The notes under the pieces were generated by a model that was given only the letters and a program-made list of their open reading frames with translations, ran no database searches and was not told the DNA's origin. Shown one piece after another: positions 24,441 to 37,701 of a stretch of 64,000 nucleotides of DNA. A program made the translations under genes and the position numbers. This DNA is from Eledone cirrhosa. Lineage: Eukaryota. Location of the stretch: the NCBI GenBank assembly GCA_964016885.1, contig OZ024742.1, positions 24,800,001 through 24,864,000 of the forward strand. The letters are read 5' to 3'. Numbering within the stretch: position 1 is the first letter of the stretch; the number at the start of each line of letters is the position of its first letter.

Positions 24441-24622
24441 TAACCCATGTTAGCGTGGAAGATAGACGTTAGAAGAAGAAGAAGAAGAAGAAGAAGAAGA
24501 AGAAGAAGAAGAAGAAGAAGAAGAAGAAGAAGAAGAAGAAGAAGAAGATGATGACGATGATGATGATGATGATGATAATGTTGATGATGGTGGTGGTGAT
24601 AGTGCTGGTGGTGATGATGATG
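24441..24622 (+). repeat. RTE 3' tip followed by (GAA)n then (GAT)n
   Basis: taacccatgttagcgtggaagatagacgtt followed by about 25 GAA units. Confidence 0.85.
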
Positions 24623-24865
24623 AAACTGTTTGGAAGCCATTTTGATGGACTGTACCTGTAAATGAATGGGCCAGCTTTGTTACAGACTGCGTTACACTGA
24701 ATCTCCCTGAGATTTATATCAAGTATACATGTGTCTGTCGAATGCTCAGCCACTTACATTATTTAATTTCATGAGTAGACTGTTACTTTTATTGAACACA
24801 TGTAGTGCACATCATGTAAAACTAATAAGGTTCCAACAATTGAACTCTGGAATGAAATATTGGTA

Positions 24866-25100
24866 ACCTCCCTCTCTCACTCCTATCTCACCCCTCTCTT
24901 TCTCTCACCCTCTCTTTCTCTCACCCTCTCTCCGTCTCTAACTCTCTTTCTCTCACCCCTCTCTCCTCTTCAGGTTCTTTCTCTCTCTCCCTCCCTTACA
25001 CTCTCTCACCCCCTTTCTCTCACCTCATCTCTCCTCCCTGACACTCTCTCTCACTCTCTCTTTCATTCTCATCCCCCTCACTCTCACCGCCCCTCTCTCC
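24866..25100. repeat. CT-rich low-complexity polypyrimidine tract
   Basis: ctctctcaccc-type repeats. Confidence 0.85.
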
Positions 25101-25290
25101 ATATTAGAATAACTACAACTATTTAACTCTATATTGTATCATGTGGGAATGTTATCTGTAATGGACTGGTGACACATCCAGAACATGATTTATTTGCAAA
25201 CCACATCACTTTATTAAAGCTGAACTAGGCGTGGAGAGGGGCTTAGATAGACATTTACATTTAGAACAACAAATCAAACCACAGTTACGT

Positions 25291-26365
25291 CATTACCACC
25301 ACCAACACCACCATCATTACCACCACCAACACAACCACCATTACTACCACCAACACGCCCATCATTACCACCACCAACACCACCACCATTAACACCACCA
25401 ACACCACCACCATTACCAACACCAACACCACCATCATTACCACCACCAACACCACCATCATTACCACCACCAACACCACCATCATTACCACCACCAACAC
25501 CACCACCATTACCAACACCAACACCACCATCATTACCACCACCAACACCACCATCATTACCACCACCAACACCACCATCATTACCACCACCAACACCACC
25601 ACCATTACCACCACCAACACCACCAACATTACCACCACCAACACCACCATCATTACCACCACCAACACCACCATCATTACCACTGCCAACACCACCATCA
25701 TTACCACCACCAACACCACCATCATTACCACCACCAACACCACCAACACCACCATCATTACCACCACCAACACCACCACCACCATACCACCACCAACACC
25801 ACCATCATTACCACCCCCAACGCTACCATAATTACCACCATCAACACCACCAACACCAACACCACCATGATTACCACCACCAACACCACGATCATTACCA
25901 CCACCAACACCACCATCATTATTACCACCAACACCGCCAGCATTACCACTACCAACACCACCATCATTACCATCACCAACATCACCATCATTACCATCAC
26001 CATCATTACCACCACCAACACCACCAACACCACCATCATTACCACTGCCAACACCACCATCATTACCATCACCAACACCACCATCATTAACACCACCAAC
26101 ACCATCATCATTACCACCACCAACAACGCCATCATTACCACCACCAACGCTACCATCATTACAACCACCAACACCACCATCATTACCACCACCACCACCA
26201 TCATTACCACCATCAACACCACTATCATTACCAGTATTATCATTACCATCACCATTATCACCTTCATCATAAGCCCCACCACCAGCATCATCATCATCAC
26301 CATCACCACCATTATCATCGTCACCATCATCAACACCATTATCACCATTACCATCATAATCATCA
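25291..26365. repeat. 24-bp minisatellite (cattaccaccaccaacaccaccat) decaying into (CAT/CAC)n
   Basis: Period 24 (cattac at 25291, 25315 and onward), homogeneous to about 25760 and degenerate afterwards. Confidence 0.9.
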
Positions 26366-26439
26366 GCTAAAGATTGCTGTACAAATAGAATGACAATTTG
26401 TGATAATGAAAAAATAGAATTATGAAAATAAGAGAGTTA

Positions 26440-26672
26440 GTCAAGGTAGAGCTGCTGTTTCTCCAAATTGAGAGATCATAGCACTGATACTATGGGCCTG
26501 TGGTTAGAATATCTCAGGAAAGAATCACTGGACAGATTTTATGGGCAAAACCAACTGGCAGGAGACCCAGGGGTAGACCCTGAACAAGATGGTTGGATAA
26601 CATCCATGATCTTGGTTGGTATCATTAGGAGATCCTACTGGATCTATTGGAGACAGTTACTTGTGACAGGAC
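26440..26672 (+). pseudogene. Decayed RTE LINE C-terminus that seeds the 95-bp satellite
   Basis: Translates to VELLFLQIERS*H*YYGPVVRISQERITGQILWAKPTGRRPRGRP*TRWLDNIHDLGWYH*EILLDLLETVTCDRT*. Confidence 0.85.
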
Positions 26673-29600
26673 TTGATAACAAGATGGTCAGATAACATTC
26701 ATGATCTTGGTTGGTATCATTAGGAGATCCTACTGGATCTATTGGAGACAGTTACTTGTGACAGGACTTGATAACAAGATGGTTAGATAACATCCATGAT
26801 CTTGGTTGGTATCATTAGGAGATCCTACTGGATCTATTGGAGACAGTTACTTGTGACAGGACTTGATAACAAGATGGTTAGATAACATTCATGATCTTGG
26901 TTGGTATCATTAGGAGATCCTACTGGATCTATTGGAGACAGTTACTTGTGACAGGACTTGATAACAAGATGGTTAGATAACATCCATGATCTTGGTTGGT
27001 ATCATTAGGAGATCCTACTGGATCTATTGGAGACAGTTACTTGTGACAGGACTTGATAACAAGATGGTTAGATAACATTCATGATCTTGGTTGGTATCAT
27101 TAGGAGATCCTACTGGATCTATTGGAGACAGTTACTTGTGACAGGACTTGATAACAAGATGGTTAGATAACATCCATGATCTTGGTTGGTATCATTAGGA
27201 GATCCTACTGGATCTATTGGAGACAGTTACTTGTGACAGGACTTAATAACAAGATGGTTAGATAACATTCATCATCTTGGTTGGTATCATTAAGAGATCC
27301 TACTGGATCTATTGGAGACAGTTAGTTGTGACAGGGCTTGATAACAAGATGGTTAGATAACATTCATAATCTTGGTTGGTATCATTAAGAGATCCTATTG
27401 GATCTATTGGACACAGTTACTTGTGACAGGACTTGATAACAATATGGTTAGATAACATCCATGATCTTGGTTGGTATCATTAGGAGATCCTACTGGATCT
27501 ATTGGAGACAGTTACTTGTGACAGGACTTGATAACAAGATGGTCAGATAACATTCATAATCTTGGTTGGTATCATTAGGAGATCCTACGGGATCAGTTGG
27601 AGACAGTTACTTGTGACAGGACTTGATAACAAGATGGTTAGATAACATTCATGATCTTGGTTGGTATCATTAGAAGATCCTACGGGATCAGTTGGAGACT
27701 GTTACTTGAGACAGGACTTGATAACAAGATGGTTAGATAACATCCATGATCTTGGTTGGTATCATTAGGAGATCCTACTGGATCTATTGGAGACTGTTAC
27801 TTGTGACAGGACTTAATAACAAGATGGTTAGATAACATTCATCATCTTGGTTGGTATCATTAGGAGATCCTACTGGATCTATTGGAGACAGTTACTTGTT
27901 ACAGGACTTGATAACAAGATGGTTAGATAACATTCATGATCTTGGTTGGTATCATTAGGAAATCCTACTGGATCTATTGGAGACAGTTACTTGTGACAGG
28001 ACTTGATAACAAGATGGTTAGATAACATCCATGATCTTGGTTGGTATCATTAGGAGATCCTACTGGATCTATTGGAGACAGTTACTTGTGACAGGACTTA
28101 ATAACAAGATGGTTAGATAACATTCATCATCTTGGTTGGTATCATTAAGAGATCCTACTGGATCTATTGGAGACAGTTAGTTGTGACAGGGCTTGATAAC
28201 AAGATGGTTAGATAACATTCATAATCTTGGTTGGTATCATTAAGAGATCCTATTGGATCTATTGGACACAGTTACTTGTGACAGGACTTGATAACAATAT
28301 GGTTAGATAACATCCATGATCTTGGTTGGTATCATTAGGAGATCCGACTGGATCTATTGGAGACTGTTACTTGTGACAGGACTTGATAACAAGATGGTTA
28401 GATAACATCCATGATCTTGGTTGGTATCATTAGGAGATCCGACTGGATCTATTGGAGACTGTTACTTGTGACAGGACTTGATAACAAGATGGTTAGATAA
28501 CATTCATGATCTTGGTTGGTATCATTAGAAGATCCTACTGGATCAGTTGGAGACTGTTACTTGTGACAGGATTTGATAACAAGATGGTTATATAACATCC
28601 ATGATCTTGGTTGGTAGGTTAGGAGATCCTACTGGATCTATTGGAGACTGTTACTTGTGACAGGACTTAATAACAAGATGGTTAGATAACATCCATGATC
28701 TTGGTTGGTATCATTAGGTGATCCTACTGGATCTATTGGAGACAGTTACTTGTGACAGGACTTGATAACAAGATGGTTAGATAAAATTCATGATCTTGGT
28801 TGGTATCATTAGGAGGTCCTACTGGATCTATTGGAGACAGTTACTTGTGACAGGACTTGATAACAAGATGGTTAGATAACATCCATGGATCTTGGTTGGT
28901 ATCATTAGGAGATCCTATTGGATCTATTGGAGACTGTTACTTGTGACAGGACTTGATAACAAGATGGTTAGATAACATCCATGATCTTGGTTGGTATCAT
29001 TAGGAGATCCGACTGGATCTATTGGAGACAGTTACTTGTGACAGGACTTGATAACAAGATGGTTAGATAACATCCATGATCTTGGTTGGTATCATTAGGA
29101 GATCCGACTGGATCTATTGGAGACAGTTACTTGTGACAGGACTTGATAACAAGATGGTTAGATAACATCCATGATCTTGGTTGGTATCATTAGGAGATCC
29201 GACTGGATCTATTGGAGACAGTTACTTGTGACAGGACTTGATAACAAGATGGTTAGATAACATTCATGATCTTGGTTGGTATCATTAAGTGATCCTACTG
29301 GATCAATTGGAGACAGTTAGTTGTGACAGGACTTGATAACAAGATGGTTAGATAACATCCATGATGTTGGTTGGTATCATTAAGTGATCCTACTGGATCT
29401 ATTGGAGACAGTTAGTTGTGACAGGACTTGATAACAAGATGGTTAGATAACATCCATGATCTTGGTTGGTATCATTAGGAGATCCTACTGGATCTATTGG
29501 AGACTGTTACTTGTGACAGGACTTGATAACAAGATGGTTAGATAACATCCATGATCTTGGTTGGTATCATTAGGAGATCCGACTGGATCTATTGGAGACA

Positions 29601-32600
29601 GTTACTTGTGACAGGACTTGATAACAAGATGGTTAGATAACATCCATGATCTTGGTTGGTATCATTAGGAGATCCTACTGGATCTATTGGAGACTGTTAC
29701 TTGTGACAGGACTTGATAAAAAGATGGTTAGATAACATTCATGATCTTGGTTGGTATCATTAGGAGATCCTACTGGATCTATTGGAGACTGTTACTTGTG
29801 ACAGGACTTGATAAAAAGATGGTTAGATAACATTCATGATCTTGGTTGGTATCATTAGGAGATCCTACTGGATCTATTGGAGACTGTTACTTGTGACAGG
29901 ACTTGATAACAAGATGGTTAGATAACATCCATGATGTTGGTTGGTATCATTAGGAGATCCTACTGGATCTATTGGAGACTGTTACTTGTGACAGGACTTG
30001 ATAACAAGATGGTTAGATAACATCCATGATCTTGGTTGGTATCATTAGGAGAACTTACTGGATCTGTTGGAGACAGTTACTTGTGACAGGACTTGATAAC
30101 AAGATGGTTAGATAACATCCATGATCTTGGTTGGTATCATTAGGAGAACTTACTGGATCTGTTGGAGACAGTTACTTGTGACAGGACTTGATAACAAGAT
30201 GGTTAGATAACATTCATGTCTTGGTTGGTATCATTAGGAGATCCTACTGGATCTATTGGAGACAGTTACTTGTGACAGGACTTGATAACAAGATGGTTAG
30301 ATAACATCCATGATCTTGGTTGGTATCATTAGGAGATCCGACTGGATCTATTGGAGACTGTTACTTGTGACAGGACTTGATAACAAGATGGTTAGATAAC
30401 ATTCATGATCTTGGTTGGTATCATTAGAAGATCCTACTGGATCAGTTGGAGACTGTTACTTGTGACAGGACTTGATAACAAGATGGTTATATAACATCCA
30501 TGATCTTGGTTGGTATGTTAGGAGATCCTACTGGATCTATTGGAGACTGTTACTTGTGACAGGACTTGATAACAAGATGGTTAGATAACATCCATGGATC
30601 TTGGTTGGTATCATTAAGAGATCCTACTGGATCTATTGGAGACAGTTACTTGTGACAGGACTTGATAACAAGATGGTTAGATAACATTCATGATCTTGGT
30701 TGGTATCATTAAGAGATCCTATTGGATCTATTGGAGACAGTTACTTGTGACAGGACTTGATAACAAGATGGTTAGATATCATCCATGATCTTGGTTGGTA
30801 TCATTAGGAGATCCTACTGGAACTATTGGAGATAGTTACTTGTGACAGGACTTGATAACAAGATGGTTAGATAACATTCATGATCTTGGTTGGTATCATT
30901 AAGAGATCCTACTGGATCGATTGGAGACAGTTACTTGTGACAGGACTTGATAACAAGATGGTTAGATAACATTCATCATCTTGGTTGGTATCACTAAGAG
31001 ATCCTACTGGATCTATTGGAGACAGTTACTTGTGACGGGACTTGATAACAAGATGGTTAGATAACATTCATGATCTTGGTTGGTATCATTAGGAGATCCT
31101 ACTGGATCTATTGGAGACAGTTACTTGTGACAGGACTTGATAACAAGATGGTTAGATAACATCCATGATCTTGGTTGGTATCATTAGGAGATCCGACTGG
31201 ATGTATTGGAGACTGTTACTTGTGACAGGACTTGATAACAAGATGGTTAGATAACATTCATGATCTTGGTTGGTATCATTAGGAGATCCTACTGGATCTA
31301 TTGGAGACAGTTAGTTGTGACAGAACTTGATAACAAGATGGTTAGATAACATTCATGATCTTGGTTGGTATCATTAAGTGATCCTACTGGATCTATTGGA
31401 GACTGTTACTTGTGACAGGACTTGATAACAAGATGGTTAGATAACATTCATGATCTTGGTTGGTATCATTAGGAGATCCTACTGGATCTATTGGAGACAG
31501 TTAGTTGTGACAGAACTTGATAACAAGATGGTTAGATAACATTCATGATCTTGGTTGGTATCATTAAGTGATCCTACTGGATCTATTGGAGACTGTTACT
31601 TGTGACAGGACTTGATAACAAGATGGTTAGATAACATTCATGATCTTGGTTGGTATCATTAGGAGATCCTACTGGATCTATTGGAGACTGTTACTTGTGA
31701 CAGGACTTGATAACAAGATGGTTAGATAACATTCATGATCTTGGTTGGTATCATTAGGAGATCCTACTGGATCTATTGGAGACAGTTACTTGTGACGGGA
31801 CTTGATAACAAGATGGTTAGATAACATCCATGATCTTGGTTGGTATCATTAGGAGATCCTACTGGATCTATTGGAGACTGTTACTTGTGACAGGACTTGA
31901 TAACAAGATGGTTAGATAACATTCATGATGTTGGTTGGTATCATTAGGAGATCCTACTGGATCTATTGGAGACTGTTACTTGTGACAGGACTTGATAACA
32001 AGATGGTTAGATAACATCCATGATCTTGGTTGGTATAATTAAGTGATTCTACTGGATCTATTGGAGACAGTTACTTGTGACAGGACTTGATAACAAGATG
32101 GTTAGATAACATCCATGATCTTGGTTGGTATCATTAGGAGATCCTACTGGATCTATTGGAGACAGTTACTTTTGACGGGACTTGATAACAAGATGGTTAT
32201 ATAACATCCATGATCTTGGTTGGTATCATTAGGAGATCTTACTGGATCTATTGGAGACAGTTACTTGTGACAGGACTTGATAACAAGATGGTTAGATAAC
32301 ATTCATGATGTTGGTTGGTATCATTAGGAGATCCTACTGGATCTATTGGAGACAGTTACTTTTGACGGGACTTGATAACAAGATGGTTATATAACATCCA
32401 TGATCTTGGTTGGTATCATTAGGAGATCTTACTGGATCTATTGGAGACAGTTACTTGTTATATGACTTGATAACAAGATGGTTAGATAACATTCATGATC
32501 TTGGTTGGTATCATTAGGAGATCCTACTGGATCAGTTGGAGACAGTTAGTTGTGACAGAACTTGATAACAAGATGGTTAAATAACATTCATGATCTTGGT

Positions 32601-33750
32601 TGGTATCATTAGGAGATCTTACTGGATCTATTGGAGACTGTTACTTGTGACAGGACTGGATAACAAGATGGTTAGATAACATTCATGATCTTGGTTGGTA
32701 TCATTAGGAGATCCGACTGGATCTATTGGAGACAGTTACTTGTGACAGAACTTGATAACAAGATGGTTAAATAACATTCATGATCTTGGTTGGTATCATT
32801 AGGAGATCCGACTGGATCTATTGGAGACTGTTACTTGTGACAGGACTTGATAACAAGATGGTTAGATAACATTCATGATCTTGGTTGGTATCATTAGGAG
32901 ATCTTACTGGATCTATTGGAGACAGTTACTTGTTATATGACTTGATAACAAGATGGTTAGATAACATCCATGATCTTGGTTGGTATCATTAGGAGATCCT
33001 ACTGGATCTATTGGAGACAGTTACTTGTGACAGCACTTGATAACAAGATGGTTAGATAACATCCATGATCTTGGTTGGTATCATTAGGAGATCCTACTGG
33101 ATCTATTGGAGACAGTTACTTGTGACAGGACTTGATAACAAGATGGTTAGATAACATTCATGATCTTGGTTGGTATCATTAAGTGATCCTACTGGATCTA
33201 TTGGAGACAGTTACTTGTGACGGGACTTGATAACAAGATGGTTAGATTACATCCATGATCTTGGTTGGTATCATTAGGAGATCCTACTGGATCTATTGGA
33301 GACAGTTACTTGTGACAGGACTTGATAACAAGATGGTTAGATAACATCCATGATCTTGGTTGGTATCATTAGGAGATCCTACTGGATCTATTGGAGACAG
33401 TTAGTTGTGACAGGACTTGATAACAAGATGGTTAGATAACATTCATGATCTTGGTTTGTATCATTAGGAGATCCTACTGGATCTATTGGAGACTGTTACT
33501 TGTGACAGGACTTGATAACAAGATGGTTAGATAACATCCATGATCTTGGTTGGAATCATTAGGAGATCCTACTGGATCTATTGTAGACAGTTACTTGTGA
33601 CAGGACTTGATAAAAAGATGGTTAGATAACATCCATGATCTTGGTTGGTATCATTAGGAGATCCTACTGGATCTATTGGAGACTGTTACTTGTGACAGGA
33701 CTTGATAACAAGATGGTTAGATAACATCCATGATCTTGGTTGGTATCATT
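26583..33750. repeat. 95-bp tandem satellite, about 75 copies
   Basis: atgatcttgg recurs at 26701, 26796 and 26891; unit aacaagatggttagataacat(c/t)catgatcttggttggtatcattaggagatcctactggatctattggagac(a/t)gttacttgtgacaggacttgat. Confidence 0.98.
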
Positions 33751-33809
33751 ATCATGATGGTGATAAATATGTTGATGGTGGTAGTGGTGATAATTATAAT
33801 AATAATAAT

Positions 33810-33988
33810 TGTTTCTACTTTTGGCACAAGGCCAGCAATTATCACAGTACATTACTGGTACTTTACTTTATCAACCCCCCGTAAGGATGAAAGGCAAATT
33901 TAACCTCGGCGGGATTTGAACTCAGACTGTAAAGGGACATAACTGTATGCTGGAAAGCATGGCATCCGACTGATACTGTCAATTCACC
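33810..33988 (-). mobile_element. SINE
   Basis: Same family as 15462-15985. Confidence 0.8.
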
Positions 33989-33989
33989 A

Positions 33990-34772
33990 ATAATAATGAT
34001 GATGATGATGAATGTGATGGTGGTAATGGTGGTAGTAGTGGTGGTGGTGGTGGTGGTGGTGGTGGTGTGTTGATAATGATGATGGTAGTGATGTGGGGAG
34101 GACAACAATGGTGATGGTGTGGTGATGATGATAATGATGACTAAGATGGTAATGAAGATTTAGATTTGAAATACAAAGAGATTGATTAAGAAATAAAAGA
34201 AAATGATGTTGGTGGATGTTGTAGTCATGGTAATGGTGATTGGTAATTATGATGATGGTAATGGTAGTGATGACGCAGGTCACAGCCATGGAGATGATGA
34301 TGATGGTGGTGGTGGTTGTGGTGGACGTTGTGGTCATGGTGCTGATGGTGGTAGTGGTGACAATGATGATGATGTGACTGGGATGGTGGTTGTAGTGGTG
34401 GTGGTGGTGGTGACTAAATGGATTTGTGACCATGATGGTGATGGTGGTGACTATGATGATGATGGTGATGATGATGATGATGTTGTTGACTATGATGATG
34501 ATTTTGTGACCTTTATTGTGATAGTGATGGTAGTGATAGTGATGGTGGTAGTGGTGGAGGCGACTATGATGATGATGATGGTTGTTTTAGTTACATTAGA
34601 GCTGGTGACTATGGCGATGAGGATGATGATGGTGGTTGTTGTAGCGATGGTGTTCGTGGTGGTGATGACTGATGCTGGTGACTATGATGATGATGGTCTA
34701 CTCATGATGGTAGTGATAACTATGATGCTGGTGACTATGGGGATTAGGATGATGATGATGATGATGATGATA
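33990..34772. repeat. (GAT/GGT)n degenerate trinucleotide region
   Basis: gatgatggtggt-type low-complexity sequence. Confidence 0.88.
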
Positions 34773-34909
34773 CCAGTAACCAAATTAATATAACTCGATG
34801 ACAAACAGCAGACAATGGAAGAAAGACAGATTCCATTGGTGAATAATTACATGGCATCATGGTGAACTAACTTTTATCTTGTGTTCTTTGCCAAAAGTCA
34901 ATGTTATTA

Positions 34910-34923
34910 TAGTGTGTGTGTGC

Positions 34924-34978
<55 letters not shown>

Positions 34979-35013
34979 TGTGTCTCTGTATGTGTGACTG
35001 TTAATGTAACAGA

Positions 35014-35055
<42 letters not shown>

Positions 35056-35114
35056 GTATGTATATACTTATATACAAATGTTGACATGGATGCATGGGCA
35101 CATACATGCATGCA

Positions 35115-35148
<34 letters not shown>

Positions 35149-35270
35149 TGTTTTTGTGTGTGTGTGTCTGTTTATTTGTGTGTTTATGTCTCTGTGTGTG
35201 TCTAATTATGTAAGAGTCTGTCTGTATGTATATATATGTGCATTGTGCATGTATGTGCCAATGTGTGCAT
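34910..35270. repeat. (GT)n/(CT)n/(TA)n compound microsatellite
   Basis: Simple repeats. Confidence 0.9.
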
Positions 35271-35691
35271 GTTCCTTATCAGAAGACTAATTTGTGGACA
35301 TGTAAAAACTATGCATGCCTCGCCTTATTGGCTCCATTGTTCTTTTATAGAGCAAGAGATTAGCTGTTATTGGCTAATTGTCTGAAGTTGAAGCGAGATT
35401 CCACTATTCCTGGTTAGGGCATCCACTTTATCATATGTAACATTCCCAGACCATTGGACCTCATCCTTACTACCTATTTTCACTGCCTAACAACTAGATA
35501 AATTAAGAAGGTGGTATAGAATCATTAGTCTACACACATATTCATTTTTTAAGGCTAAATAGGGAGTTTTGTTACTCTGGGGTTTTGCTTCTTTATCACA
35601 GTGTCATATATGTTTATCAAACCCATGCAAGCATGGAACACGGACGTTAAACGTTGATGATGATGATGATGATGATGATGATATATATATA

Positions 35692-36022
35692 TCATCATTA
35701 TCATCATCATCATCATTTTACGTCCGCTTTTCCCTGCTTGCAAGAGTGGAATGGGTCCTATTCAGCACAACATCTCTCCACTTGTCACGGTCCTTCGTCA
35801 TCTCCTCCGTGAGATTCAGCGATCTGAAGTCCGCTCTCACCACCTCCGCCCATGATTTTCGTGATCTTCTTCTACTGCGTCTTCCTTCTACTGGGATTTC
35901 TTGGCACTTCTTTACCCAGCAGTCATCCTCCATGCGCATCACATGTTCATATCATCGCAGTCTTCTCTCCCGCACACTACAACTTATCCCTCTTATACAC
36001 AGTTTCTCTCTCAACTCATCTA
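35692..36022 (-). mobile_element. RTE 3' fragment (different subfamily, very short 3' UTR), tail-to-tail with an RTE tip at 35620-35682 (+)
   Basis: MRMEDDCWVKKCQEIPVEGRRSRRRSRKSWAEVVRAD aligns with MRMKDDSCIKRCRALEVDGNRGVGRPKMTWDEVIKAD. Confidence 0.88.
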
Positions 36023-36024
36023 TG

Positions 36025-36061
<37 letters not shown>

Positions 36062-36967
36062 CTCACATATAAGCTGGAAGGGGGCCTTGTTCTAAGTTGG
36101 ATCTATAGGATTAGGTCATTTGCTCCCACTGCCGTCCTATAAATCCAGCCCTCTCTCCACTACCTACAGACAATAACAAACATCCAGAGTTTGAACCTAC
36201 AACCCACTGATCACACAGTGTAATACCTTATTCATTTGGGCCACTACATCTCTCCTCCACAGAGTAGAAATAAGTCTTTTGTTGGATTTTAATTCCCTGC
36301 CTTTATTTCCTTTATATTTATTTATTGTGTTAAATTTATATATTACATGTTGAAACGTTTCCTTGTTAGACTTAAGTCTTTCAGATTTTATTTAAACTGA
36401 TTAAGTCTAAGAAATATTTCTATATTCTTTTTTATTTTTATATTATTTTATTAATCTTTTCAAAATTATATTTAAAAAAAAATTGAATGTAGCAATATAT
36501 AAAATATATGTGTGCGTATGTGTGTGCGTACATACATGTGTGTATGCATACATAAATGTATGCATGTGTGTATGCATGCATGTTTTTATGTATGCATGTG
36601 TGTATGTATGCATGTGTGTATACATGCGTGTGTTTATGTATAAGCGTGTGTATGTATAAGTGTGTCTAATCCTCAGTCTTCCAAAGAGAATGGATGTATA
36701 GACGAGCAAAAGTAAATTAATTCTAAAGTGTTTTGTGATAGTTGCTGACCTCATATAGTCCTGTGTGGCAGCTTAGAATGCTATATCAACCATTGTGTAC
36801 AGGATCCAGTGAAAAAGGTCACAAGGTCAACAAAAGCTACAGTTGGCTCACTGGGTAGGAGTTTGTTAGAAAACTGCTATTCCAAGGAGATCAATAGTTT
36901 GTATTCTTTCATCAGATCTAATCAGTCTTCTTTGGCATATTACAGTTATCAATTCCTGTCCAGAAGG

Positions 36968-37245
36968 GGGAGCATGGCCTAGTGGAAAGACTATTGGATT
37001 TACGGTCATAATGGTGTGGGTTTGATTCCTAGACTGGGTACTATGTTGTGTTCTTGAACAAAAAACTTTAACGTTGCTCCAGTAAACTCAGCAGAAGAGG
37101 AGTACCATCAATAGTTGTTAGGTTTAACCTTGCGATGGACTCGCGTCCTGTCCAGGGAGAAGTCTTGTGCTCTCAGTTGCTTCACGCCATGGAAACTGAG
37201 ATAAACACCAGCTTGATGAGTATCTGGGCTCGAGACAGACTTTAG
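36968..37245 (+). mobile_element. tRNA-derived SINE
   Basis: gcatggcctagtggaaag...gggtttgattcc...ccttgcgatggactcgcgtcctgtccaggg; same family as 2735. Confidence 0.78.
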
Positions 37246-37701
37246 ATTTAGAATTCCTGTGGCAGACCACCTAGCTGTAAATAGTTGCCACATGTTTGTC
37301 TTGAATGAACAGAGATGACATAAAGAAGTGAAGACTATTTAGATTTGCAGAGCACAAGGTAGCATCAGTAATGTTAGAGTCACAATGAAATACATTCAGT
37401 TCACTTGGTAAAGTTGTTGGTGATTGATCAGGAACAGTATAAACTAGAGAGGACTCTTCATTCACATCATAGACAAGACAATCCTTCTAGTTTTCTGAGC
37501 ACAATATCAAAACACTTGATTGCCTTCAGAAATGATTTATTTTAGGGGAACCTTTGAAAATGGACAATCAGATAAAGAGGAGACAAAGTTATCTACCTTG
37601 CCTATGGTCATAAGGTAAATATTGGTACTTTTTTGTGGTCTGTAATCTAATGTATTTGTCTTACATCCTTCTGTTTATCTTAATCTTTCTGATGTGACTG
37701 T

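Noticed and set aside
25285-26370. Mucin-like Thr-rich or Val/Met-rich ORFs (also 34203-34793)
   Set aside because: Open frames arise from a triplet-based minisatellite; no signal peptide, splice or domain evidence.
26701-26795. Ribozyme-containing satellite (retrozyme-like)
   Set aside because: No CTGANGA plus GAAA core with flanking stems on either strand of the unit.
26583-33750. CRISPR array interpretation of the regular 95-bp repeats
   Set aside because: No unique spacers, whole units are repeated, there are no cas genes, the context is eukaryotic and the unit derives from a LINE.
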